DNA of 59,094 bases, counting the filler, from Sphacelaria rigidula (Eukaryota), in NCBI GenBank assembly GCA_964200075.2. It is 5 parts of 5 records of this genome, joined end to end, with 100 filler letters (N's around TTAATTAATTAA, not from the genome) between each part and the next. Parts side by side here need not be neighbours in the genome. Positions count along the whole stretch, not along the records: positions 47,358 to 59,094 come from CAXNAA020004569.1; 4 more parts are not named here. One strand, 5' to 3'. The notes under the pieces are model-generated. The model saw only the letters and a list, made by a program, of their open reading frames with translations, was not told the origin of the DNA and did no database searches. Both the position numbers and the translations under genes were made by a program. Shown piece by piece: positions 47,790 through 59,094 of this stretch. Numbering within the stretch: the first letter of the stretch is position 1; the number at the start of each line of letters is the position of its first letter.

Positions 47790-49557
47790 ACTCCTCCGGC
47801 CAAGGACAGCGTTGCCCGCATTTCTGGACGCACGGACCCCTCAGGGAGTGCACGGGGGCGAAATTATAACACTGAATCCAGCACCCTGATCGGGTCGGGT
47901 GCAAGGGGTGCACCGGTACCTGCTGCCATTGCTGCAACGACGAGCAGCATGAGCAATGCTCAAGGTCAGCGTAGTCACCACTAGCGAAAAATGCCGAAAC
48001 TACAGCATCAAACTTTCCTGTATGAGATGACATCATGCATTGGAACCATTTTTGGTTGTCGTGGATTACGTGGACTACTAGATCGCGGAGAGGGTGCAAT
48101 ATCCACACCTCCAGCAGTTAACATCCTCCGAGTGGCCGTGATTGTTCCCCATGTGGTATGTCTGATCCAACTGTCCACGACGTGGTAGCACGTAACGTAC
48201 AGCTACCGCCTTGCATACTGTTAACGGATAGAAGATCAAAGCTAAGCAGTTTGTCGGCGTTCTGGATAACGGATTTTTCAGTGAGTAGTATCGCAGTAGC
48301 CGCATATCTGTCCAGTAGAGGTGTTCAGCCGCGCACCATGCATTCCTCCCGCCTTTTCCTTCAACCTACCATGCCGCAGTCCGCCCGATTTTCTGCCGGA
48401 TTTTCCGCCGGACTTTCCCGCAATCATCCCATTTGCTTACTCTGATCACCCTGTACGCAGGCGGAAGCCATTTTAGTGCTTATCTCGTTGCTGGAGCAAC
48501 AAGCAGGAACCTTTCCGGCGCACTCTCGGCCGAACACAGCAGATTCGACCTCGACCGTGAGTCGAACAGTAAAATGACACCGGAAGAAGCAAAAATGGAG
48601 CTCGCAGTAATCCATTCCGCAGTCGGCTGTATGCCCGCGACTGCAACCAATCATCATGGCAACCGCGAGGGACAGCAGCAGGAAGAAAATACGGCGTATG
48701 TTCATGCGCGGGAAAAGTCAGGGGGAGGGCGAAAACAAGGGAAACACAGGAGAAAGATTTCGTTTGAAGCATTGACAACAGGTGGGACAATAAAAGCGGA
48801 CTTCACTGACATCGACCGCCACGCCCCGCGCTGCAGCAACAGCGTGGAGGGGCAGATGAAATTTCCTGCGAGTGTGGAGCTGCATACGGACGCGGGGTTT
48901 GAGAGTAATGCGGAAATTCGGGAAGATGTGTTAGAGCGATTGACGGATTGGTTACAAGCCGTCGTCGGATCTCAACAACCAGGCACACCGTTACCGTCCC
49001 CGGCTCGTTCTGAAGACTCTAACCAGAACATGGATTGGGTCTACGCCGTTCTGAAATCTCACGACCAACAGCAACTGTCACCGTCCTCAACCGGCACGGT
49101 CGCTCCAAAATTCACGCGAACGGACCTATTGGCATTGCTGCAAGACGGTGCACTGTTAGAATCCATCACGCAAGCGTTTGCCCCGCACATAGCCACTGCA
49201 GCAGCCGTGCGGCAAGAAGAGTCGGTGGGAAGTGGTACTATCCATACTCCTCTCACAATCGAGCCGACGCGAGCCGAAAGATTGGCAGGGTTCTTTGACG
49301 TGTGTACGATGTTAGGAATTCCAAAAAAGTACCATTTCGAGGAAGATGATTTGTTGAATGCTGCGGGATTGGGGCGGGTAGTGCGTTGTTTGGCTATGCT
49401 CGAGAACATCTCCAGAGGCAATGTTCTGCGAAAACCCGGTTCGAATGATTTCGTAGGGGGTGGATTTGCCAGTGGTAGTGTGCGGAGACGTCCTCGTGTG
49501 AATGATACCAACAATGACAGAGCTGAAACGAATAATGATGAGTGCTTTCTGTCGTAG
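47790..49557 (+). CDS. Calponin-homology (CH) domain protein; last two exons 47790-47964 and 48461-49557
   Basis: Exon 47790-47964 (tttcag| ... caag|gtcagc) ends in phase 1 and joins 48461 (gtacgcag|, phase 1). CH signature: LTDWLQAVVG...DLLALLQDGALLESITQAFAP...ERLAGFFDVCTMLGIPKKYHFEEDDLL...VVRCLAML. Stop TAG followed by a second TAG. Confidence 0.85.
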
Positions 49558-50344
49558 TAGATGCGGGAGCAAAGAGCGCGTGTGCCGTTGTTTCAGAAAA
49601 TGCGGGGCCGTGAGAGAGCTCGAAGAAACGATGGCAAGCGCCCTCTGCACAACGAAGGGGATGTATATACTACTGCGCCAGGGTGTAAACAATTGTTTTC
49701 CACCGTTGGATATTCACATGTTGCTGAAGGGGTGTTCGGTTATTCGTGTAGGTAGTCACACGGATCTTCAACGCGATGCTTCCCGACTTCGGGAAAGTAT
49801 GCGCTCGCATTCCGGCGACAGGCATACGGTTCGGGGTACCCTAAGCAACGTCCGGAGACGTCTTCGTGTGACGTGGTTGCACTATTTACGACAGAGTTGG
49901 AAGTATTCCCTTACTGTAGCAGTGTCTCCTACATACGCCGCAAAAGTCGACGGTAGTAGGATGGCTGCAGGTACGCCAACCGTGGTCATTAGATGGATCA
50001 AACACACTGTAAACGGAGAGACACGATGCTTGCAGCTTACATGTCATTCCTCTGTCGCGTCGTACCACATGAGAAATAGCCCTCTGACACGCTTGTCTTC
50101 TTTACACGCTTGCGTCTTTTTGTTCCAAAGTTATGTTTGCGCCGTGTTTTGACCCCCCTGCGAGTCGTGTCGTGTGCGTTGTTCTTTCTTGTCAGTCTGA
50201 ATAGTCTCATTTTTTGTGACTCTGGATAGTTTCGTCCTGACTGAGGTATATGCAGAACATTCTTCATCAGACTGTTTACCCGTGCATGCCTGGAGTTGTG
50301 ACAAGAACACTACTCAAAGCAAGACGGGCATACCTCCTCCCTCA

Positions 50345-50762
50345 AACACGGGATTATAAAAGTTCAACATAGATCTTTTTTGATCGAGGATGGACACTTG
50401 GAACATTGATAAGCATCGAAATATTCTCGGAAACGAGATTCAAAGGCACTATCCGACCGTGATGTGTGGCCTCGCTCATCCCGAGAAATAAATTCATCCA
50501 CAGTTTGTTTCATCCCGTGTTAACACGGCATTCCGATGAATGAGAATATTGTTTTTGTACGGGAATGACCGGAGGTCGGAATTGTTCGGTATTAATACGG
50601 GGTTAATGCGGGAGGATTTTTCTGATGAAGAACGAGGCAACACATCACGGTTGGAGAGTGCATTTGCACTCTCCTATAAAAAATAGTTCGATGCTTGTTA
50701 AGGTTCCCAATGTCTGTAGTTTTAAAAATAAAACCCATCCTCAGTTCTTACAATTCCGTATA
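50345..50762. mobile_element. Long-TIR (foldback/Mutator-like) MITE
   Basis: Imperfect inverted arms of about 130 bp (ATAAGCATCGAAATATT...GTGTGGCCTCG vs CGAGGCAACAC...TTCGATGCTT); homolog at 53812-54226. Confidence 0.65.
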
Positions 50763-53700
50763 TTCAGTTACGTGTTGTGTGGTACGGCGTCTCAGTTGTT
50801 GCCGCCCTCGAGACAATCCCTGTTGAAGTTACCGAGCTCACCACACTTGTAGCACTTTTCTCTGGATTGTGGTGAGTTCACAAGTAAGTGCTGAGGCGTG
50901 ACCGTGATAACTTGTTCTGCGATCATTCCCTCTCGTGATATCAACGTCCACGTTTCGCAGTATCTCATCCATCATCGGTGAATTTACAACGGTGCATCCA
51001 TCTTCTTCGTGGGCATCACTTTCCGCCGAATCACCGTCCTAGTCTAGGTCAAGGCGTTGTCCTTCAGACCTCCGTCCGTTAGAACTTCGCTCATCATGTT
51101 TCCTAGCTCATCTTCCATGAAATGCACTTTGATCATGAGAAGATATAAGAATTTCTACCCTTTTCCATCTTCGTGAAAACTAGCACCATTCAGTCACCAT
51201 TGGAAGCCACAGTGGCCCAACCGATAGAGAAGCCTCCATTTATGTACCGTCTAACCGGTAACTGCATATATATATATATATATATACTGTAACCGGTTTC
51301 AGAGCGAAGCTGTCACGTCGTCCGGGTGCCTGGTGAGCATGCATTTGTTCTGCTTAGATTTTTTCTCGTATCCTTTTTATGGCAGTATCTTCCACACGCT
51401 CGTTGGCCATGTACTCACTATGGATTCATGCGCGATACCCCGTCGTCTGCAGTTGACCTTATTATTGCTTGCATACGAAATATGGGTCAAAGTTATGCAG
51501 CAAGCACATATATGTCTGCTGTCCAGTAATGAGGTTCAGCATGCTGAATACTCCTCGGTTGGTGTTTCGCCATCAACTGCTACAGCAGTAGCTGTACCAG
51601 AAAGGGTGTTGCAGCGGCAGCAGTCGCATCGGCAACAACCGGTTTCGCAGTCGCTGATGTTGGACACCGCTCGCCGTCAAAATTAATGTACAGTAAACCA
51701 AGTTTGCCGACAGCTTATAAAAAGGTCCCCAACCAAACACCGCTGATGTTCAAAACTACCACGACGGCGTTTTTTCGTTTTCGCCACAATAACGCAGTTA
51801 TTCGTGGGGGAGTAAACTATCACACTTCCCTAGTGTTGTCCTGTCGTCGGCGCATTCGTCTCGTTCGTTATTTCGTTATATCGGTTCAGCGGCCAGTTCC
51901 ACCGCTAAACTTTGTCTGTAGAGCTCTAGTCTAGTAGTACATCATGCCCTTCTGTTTCATGTAGTTTTGATTCCGTCCGAGTCTTGGCTCGAGCTCGATC
52001 GATCTACTGTAGGAGTCCTCCCAGCAGACACACGAGGAAAAAAACCCAATCATTCCTCCTTCCATTGACGTCGGTTTAGAACATTGTTCGATTCGATTTC
52101 AGTTGCGGGCTGGGATGTGGGGTCGTCACAAATCTCCCAACCACAACACTGTGTTCGCGATAGGCATTTTTCAAACGCATACGTACAATATCTCGACGAC
52201 CTACATATACAGTATTAGTGTAGATCGGTCTAAAGGATTTGTGTATCGTATCCTTACGTCAATAAGGTTTGGCTGACCGAGCGAGACGTATCATATCATA
52301 TGTGTTGATCTAAAGCCTACTACAACACTGCAAGTGTTGCTAATGCAGCATCCAGTTCTGGATGTTGGAATGTTGAACTGAAGTACGGTAGTAGAACAGC
52401 ACTTGTGCCAACCGCAGCTGCAGCCGTATCATTATTGGTCCGCAATCCACAGATTGCGGCGCAACTATAACGCGAAACGTAACAAGAATGTTCCCATATG
52501 CTCACCGGCACCCCACACCGCCTCTCGACAGACAGTATAGCTACTACACGTGCGGTCATAAACCGTCGTGAGGTTCTCTCTGCAAGAAATCTTGGGACAG
52601 CGTTGATTGAACGCAATCGCAGCACCGAGTTGATCTACACCGGCAGACCTTCAAAACGCAAAAGTGAGCACAGTCGGTCGTTCGTTGTTGTATCGCCTGC
52701 ATTGCTTGCCTTACTGCGCCTTTGGCCCCCGAACCAGACGCCGCCGTCTGCCACTGGGCCCTCTTGGGGTAGCCAACGTATGACATGAGAGTACGTACTG
52801 TGCCATCATAGCGGTGTGTGGCCAATAATGCAGTATAACCTATCTTATGTGCTCGACTCGACCAGAATTAGTAACGAATCGATGGGGGACGGTGGGTAGA
52901 CATATGACGCCGGATGAGGAGCGCAGACACAGCAGTGCGGATCGCGATCGAGCTATTATTGTTGAGAAACAACTATTATTCAACGAATTTCGTCACATGA
53001 TATATATATATAAACACATATACTGCACCCCCACACCCCCCTCATTCCGGGGGAGGGTAGGAAAATCCCACGAAAGTATCCATTCCAACAGTATGATTCC
53101 CCGTATGCAACCGCCATAAAAAATGGGTCCACGGTAGACGAAATCGCACCACCCCCCTGACACCAAAAAATGCATTTTTCGCGCCATAACACCGCCCCAC
53201 GGCTACTGTGTTAGCTACGCTGCTTGCAGCCAGCGAACGAACGCGCCAATGTCATTAACCAACTCCGCATCGAATAAAGCCACATCCACCAATTACCAAG
53301 CATCCACGACAAAAATACATGCGTGTACGCATAGATGTCAACCCGGTGGCTTCGTCCTCCCACGTATGTGCAGCAGAACGCAACCAAGGGGTGGGGGGCA
53401 CCTTGTTGGACAAAAGGCTCGACAATTTCGGACTCACGAATGCCCCGACGCACATCAGCACCAAGCGGGTAAAAACGCCCGAACCCTTGAGACAATGCTG
53501 CATCCCAGAGGATATGGACGAGGGTGCGGAGTAGTGAATTCATTGCCGGAGTTTAAATCATGCCTCTTGGGAGAGGGGGTCAGTGTCATTGTAATGCTTG
53601 TGCGAGAAGCTTGGGTATCAAACATCCGAGTGTTGTATTGAAGTTCAAAACTCGAGCAAACGTAGCGCAACCAGTCGTGCCGGAATATATGGTACTTTTC

Positions 53701-53811
53701 TCCTATTTTTTGTGTTGCGCAGAATATGAACCAATCACGTCGACGAATGGCATACCGACGGGGGTGAGGCGACCAGAAATAAGCACCATTGGATGAAAAA
53801 GTGCGCCACGA

Positions 53812-54226
53812 AGAAACATGCGATTTTACAAACTGTGGGCATATATTTATTCTAAGAGAATGAAGCTTGGGACCTCCAATAAGCATCGAAATATTTTCGA
53901 AATACAAATGCAAATGCACTCTCCGGCCATGACGTGTGGCCTCTCATCCACAAAAGCATACAATCGTAACCTGTAAAATCCCATGCTTATACTGATATCG
54001 ACTTACCTCCGTTCATCCCCGTACAAAAAATGCTCTTATATGGCACAATTTCCTTTTATCAGAAAAATATACGAATGGCGGACGTATTTCTTTTGGGATG
54101 AGCGAGGCCACATGTCACGGTCAGGGAGTGCATGTGCACCTGTACTCGAGAATATTTGGATGCTTATAAATGCTCCCGAGCTTCATCCTGCAAAAATCCA
54201 CCCTCAATTTGTAAAAGCTCGTGTTA
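53812..54226. mobile_element. Long-TIR MITE, same family as 50345-50762, opposite orientation
   Basis: ATAAGCATCGAAATATT and GTGTGGCCTC arms with their inverted partners; internal CCCGTACAAAAA is the reverse of TTTTTGTACGGG in the first copy. Confidence 0.65.
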
Positions 54227-57200
54227 TATCTAACTTCAGGTTCTCGATATGTTTCACTGCAAATTTCTGTGAAATATGCCGGGATTCTCGAGTTTGAGAC
54301 ACCTCTAATAGCGTCCAGAATGTTGATGCGACTGCGTCTGCGACTGGGTTTGCCCGTACACCCGTTTACGGCTGTTTGGACTGCGGTTGCAAGCCAAGCA
54401 CACGTTTATGAGTTGCTTTTACGAGCACGATGAGCCGAGAAGCGGATCTACAGGTTGCAGGCGGCTTTACCCTCAATTCTGAGGGTTACTATCCATAATT
54501 TGGTACGGAGAACCGCTAGGGAATAGTAGAAAACGTAATTTCGACGCGCTGGGATCCAGATGTTACTAAAACGTCCCTAACTTATGAAAACAAGAATATC
54601 ACAGCATCCAAGTTACTTTTGGTTCTATTCCCTGGCGGTTCTCGATTATACAATCTAGATTTCAACTCTCACGAATTGAGGTGAGAATTCCAGATTTACA
54701 GGCTGGCCCAGTCTACAAACGGAGTTGTATCTTGTAGGCCATTTAGCAACTCAGTTTTAAGATTCGTGCGTTGAATTTTTGCGTGGAGAATCGCCTGGAC
54801 ATGATCACAAAAAAACAATCTGCGCGAGATCACGTTTTTCCGTGAGTTTAGGACGTTTTAGTACTACAGTAAGGACCACTTTTTTCACGAGAACGTCCTG
54901 TGACCGTCACAGTTCTCAAGTTACCCAAAAAATCTTGGTCCCGACACTTTCGTTTAACTATTCCCGTACAATGCTCGACACTCAATTTCAACCAAAAACT
55001 CGAAAGCCTGAGCTGAGAAACTGAGTTGGACCAAAAACAACAGCCTTATTTTATAAACGTCATTAGCTCATAAAGAAAATGATTCAGGTTCCAGGACTTT
55101 CGGTTCTACCGTACCCTTGAAATACTCAATACCAAATTTCGAAGGACAACTCTCAAAAGTGAGACGTAAAATCCAAATTCAGTGTATTTAGTGCCTCTGC
55201 ATTTGAAATATTCATTATATTATGGACTATTATTTGCACCATTCTTCTAGATAGGTGACAAATTAAGTGAAGTTTGGAGTATCCATCGTTTTCCGTGCTT
55301 CAGGGAATCCTAACACCAAGAGTCATCGCCATCCGCTGTACACATCGCTCGGGGGGTCGTGTAGGCTTTAGTTTGGAGGTATCTCCGTATGTCATGGGAT
55401 TACTGAACATGGTGTTTAATCAACGGGAAAAATTGTCCAGGCTGTAGAGCAGGTGGATATCTACGACTTAATTAGACGATAAATAATATGTGAGGATCAA
55501 TGCCCACTTGGTGTGCGTCGATGAGATATGGCTGCTGAATGCGTTTTTAGGCCGGCCCAGCTCGTGGTACGACAGAGGACCCGTAATCCCCGCTCTACGG
55601 GGTCCCCGTCAAGGCATCCCCTTGAGGTTCAGTCAAAAGACAGAGGAATGAGTGTATCAGCCCAAGCAGGGCTGGGCAAGCACGCGAAACCGACTGACGG
55701 CAATATCTTGGCCGAGCACACACCCCCATCCCGAGCAGCTGGCGGTGGCACCGTGCGCAGCAGCTGGCGTGACGGCCATTTGTTTTTGCGACTGTTGCCA
55801 GTAACGACCCTTGGGGCAACCGCTGTTGTGGTACTTGCGGCAAGCAAACGGTGGGTCCCTTGGTGAGCACACACACCTATAGATGAGAAAGATGTTTTGG
55901 CTGTGCCAACCCAGGCTATTTCGGCCTGGGTGGTCAGCACATGACAGTAGCGATAGGAAATGTGACCATAGACACGTTGCTTGCTATGGGATAAGCACTG
56001 TCAATACAGCATAGCTGCATCGTAAATACGTGCGAAATGGGGTGCTTGTGCAAGTGAATGGTATTATCGTGTACATAGCCTGCTGTAGCCTATCGCACCT
56101 GCACGACTACCGCCACTTACAGTGTTCACCGTGGCTTTGTTCCGCATAATACCACGAAGTACTACTACTGCGAATCGGTGAGTGATACACACATGCACGG
56201 TACAACGCACTCGATACTGCTGAGTGAGCACCCTAACTTGTTGCTTACATCTATTTCCTCTACTAATCTCGCGCATGAAGTGAACTAGGACACTGGAAGT
56301 ACAATCGGCATTATATCATGTTGCAGTACAGTGCAGATCACAACTCACGGTTTCATGGACAACACACATATCCGCCAAACCCGGCTCCAAGTATCTCCTG
56401 TGCAGCTTCCCTTTCTAGAAGGCATTAAATGTACGACTAGGAAAAAAAAGCAAAATATGCACGCGCAGCAATCGACACACAGGCTCCGCTATCGGTCAAC
56501 ACATTAGTCCAACGGAGTCCGCGGACGGAAGGACGATCAGAAACAAAACAGATGTAAACCTAGACATACAATTGTCCAGACTTTGTCACGATCACGATCA
56601 CACATACACACAAATATTTCCATCGTTTATCCTCACCTCCAGCGGACTGATTTCGCCCCGACATTTCACATCCGCGAAGGAGATGCCCGTACCGCCGTAT
56701 CGGTGGGGGATTGTATAACGTGCCGACTCATTGCCACTGATTTCCAGTCGACGCGGCGACACCCACACCGATTTCGCCCCGCACACCCCCACAGTATTCT
56801 CTTCGTAGCTATCGCACTCCTTGCACCTTCGTCTCTATCACACCTTCTGAACGAACTGTTTATCTATGGGGCAACCCAAAGACAGTTCTTTTCGAGAGGA
56901 ACTTGACTCTATATTTATGAAAAGGGGGATAGAGCGACACTCCTTTGCTTCGCACAAAGCATTGGTTGATCCCTCACGGAATCGACAAGTTATTGCGTTT
57001 GCTTTCGAAAGTTCGTACAAAATAGGGCCAGTCCTACCGGTAGCTCTTTCACTCCCATACATTTAAATGGACGCCTTACACTTGATGCTCAGCGTTGCAC
57101 ACTAGACAACATTTCAAAGTGTTGCATTTATTCTCTGTGGAGCTTTTCCGGGGTTTCGAAGGCGTCCGAACCTGGATATTGTGAACAAAAAACAAGTGGC

Positions 57201-57239
57201 TGCCACGACTGAACCTCATGCATTTGTGTCCACATCCAT

Positions 57240-57500
57240 CTCGGACACTTTTTACGATAGCCCCCCCCCCCCAAAAGTGCATGGTTTTGGGAGGCAAAAG
57301 CTTGGCGTAAATCGAAATGGGAAAAGTCGAGCACAACGAGCAGCTGGGAATTCCCACGCAGGGGCTCGTTCTCGCCAATGTTGCCAATATGAGGCGCTTC
57401 ATGCAGCCTGAATCCAAACATCAGGCGCTGTATGGCAATTGTTTTCGTGACACTTTTGGGCTGGTTTTGGGGGGGGGGCTATCGTAGAAAGTTTACTCGG
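57240..57500. mobile_element. MITE with poly-C/poly-G-containing TIRs
   Basis: ACTTTTTACGATAG(C)nAAAA / TTTT(G)nCTATCGTAGAAAGT. Confidence 0.65.
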
Positions 57501-58943
57501 GGAACAGGATACGGAAGACATCGTGGAATCACCGAATCGAATGGCATATCTTCCTTTGTCCGAACTTCGATAAATGTTTCAAGGCTACGCTGAACTAAAT
57601 CGCATCAGCCTCGAATCACCTCAACACTATCTGCGGATTCTTGCCTCCCTCTTACCCGCCCGGAGACACTATCCATAGTACAGGAAAACACAAACCACGT
57701 AGGGCATGATTTGACTGACCATTATCGGGCCCATGGCTCTACAGTACCACCGGACACGCTTCCTTCCCCCTCCAGCGCAACAACCACCGCTCGTTTTCAC
57801 AAACCATAACATACATCTCTCCACCGCATCCCTGTACGTCCACCTGTCAGCGTCCATACCATTACCGACGTCGACAGCTCACTTGCTATGTGCTCCCCCC
57901 TTCCGTTCCCGACGCCTAATAATGCAGCGAAGGAGACTAGAACGCACCAAGGTAAGCCACCTGCATATACAGTGTTCACCACCCACGCTAAATATTGACC
58001 TGCGTTTTAACACGACGTCTGCTTACGTTTTTCTACATCTCGAACATTTAACCCCGTGCAAGCATCGTTTAAACTCCCGTATGTCCTATACGTTTCCGGC
58101 AAACATGGTCTCCCCTCTTTAAGAAACTACCGTAGCGTCTCTGACCCTAGCCGGGGATACTCCAGTTCTATTTTCACTTAAACTGCTGTGAGTCCACCCA
58201 GGAAGTGAGCCCTTACCCTCTCCTACGGACGAAACTTTCTCCAGAATTACACGAGCGTAAAAAGGATGCCCGTATGTATCGAGGGGGCATGGATGTCACC
58301 CCGACGCTCTGATACACACGTCAGTCGACGCGGCGACGCCTACATCAGTTAGAAGGGTCACATGGCATACATCCCTCGGATTGGTGAAAAACAAACTCGC
58401 ACCATATACCTTGTCGCTTCCGCACCCATCCCTTCAGGTTGTCTTTGCTGAACGAACTGAATGCTGAGGTGAACCAAACAAAGCTCTCCTCGGGAACTTC
58501 ATAATCTGGAACCACACTCCACACGGATCGAGCAATAGAAAATTTCCCTAATACTTTGTCTCTATATAGTAGTAACAATTAATCGAAATCAATCAGTAGT
58601 AAGGTAGTATCCGATCACACGGTCATAAGGATACGCTTCTGTTGTTGTGGTAAGACAACTTCATTCAACTTTGATATCCTCCATTGAGTTATCGAGCATG
58701 AACAAACAAACAACTTTGATATCCTCTATCGAGAGCAATGGTTTGTTGTTTGTTTGTTTGTTAATTTGTTTGTTTTTCTCTCCCCGTTGAACTCGGGAGA
58801 GCTACTTCTCCCCGATTTTCGTGGCGTCTCTCTTCTTAGTTTCATTTTTCTCAATATGTCTTGTAAGGGATGGCAGGGACGGTATCGGAAACGTGAGCCT
58901 ACGTCTGTGACCACGGGTTCGCGAGATCGGACTAATGTGCGAA

Positions 58944-59094
58944 AATAATAGTAACAACAATAATAACAACAATAATAACAACAATAATAACAACAATAAC
59001 AACAATAATAATAATCATCATAATCATAATAATTATACTACTACTAATAATAATAATAATCATAATAATAATAATAATAATAATAATAATATAA
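58944..59094. repeat. (AAT/AAC)n trinucleotide microsatellite at the contig end, possibly a retroposon tail
   Basis: About 150 bp of AAT/AAC/CAT triplets. Confidence 0.9.

Noticed and set aside
380..49557. Cytoskeletal gene cluster (dynein plus CH-domain protein)
   Set aside because: The genes are on different, arbitrarily joined contigs
49502..50152. 216-aa ORF overlapping the CH gene stop
   Set aside because: It lies in the presumed 3' UTR in another frame and has no recognisable features
52490..52640. Possible hAT dimerisation-domain remnant on the minus strand (SRRFMTARVVAILSVERR)
   Set aside because: Resemblance to the ARxxLxxPASSxxxERxFS motif is too weak and no termini were found

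Overview
This is eukaryotic, intron- and repeat-rich nuclear DNA, most likely from a brown alga (Phaeophyceae). That assignment is an inference from exon/intron sizes, TTAGGG repeats, an axonemal dynein and the repeat landscape. The window is not one locus. It is five unrelated contigs (1-11740, 11841-23580, 23681-35419, 35520-47257, 47358-59094; lengths 11740, 11740, 11739, 11738, 11737) joined in descending size order by identical 100-bp N44-TTAATTAATTAA-N44 spacers. Contig 1 holds 11 in-frame GT-AG exons of a DNAH2/inner-arm I1-beta-like dynein heavy chain (AAA1-AAA2). Contig 2 holds the first two exons of a DEAD-box-like gene whose ATP-binding motifs are degenerate (candidate pseudo-helicase). 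Contig 3 is mostly transposon-derived. Contig 4 has the convergent last exons of two genes of unknown function. Contig 5 has the last two exons of a calponin-homology-domain gene. The rest includes two tRNA-derived SINE families, C-tailed non-LTR retroelement 3' ends, and many MITEs (hAT with an 8-bp TSD, piggyBac-like, CACTA-like, a telomere-repeat-carrying MITE, and an AG..CT MITE with a 6-bp TSD). There are also decayed mariner and copia remnants and microsatellites. Most ORFs in the six-frame track are spurious. No CRISPR array, rRNA or intact tRNA was found. All assignments were made by eye, without database searches.
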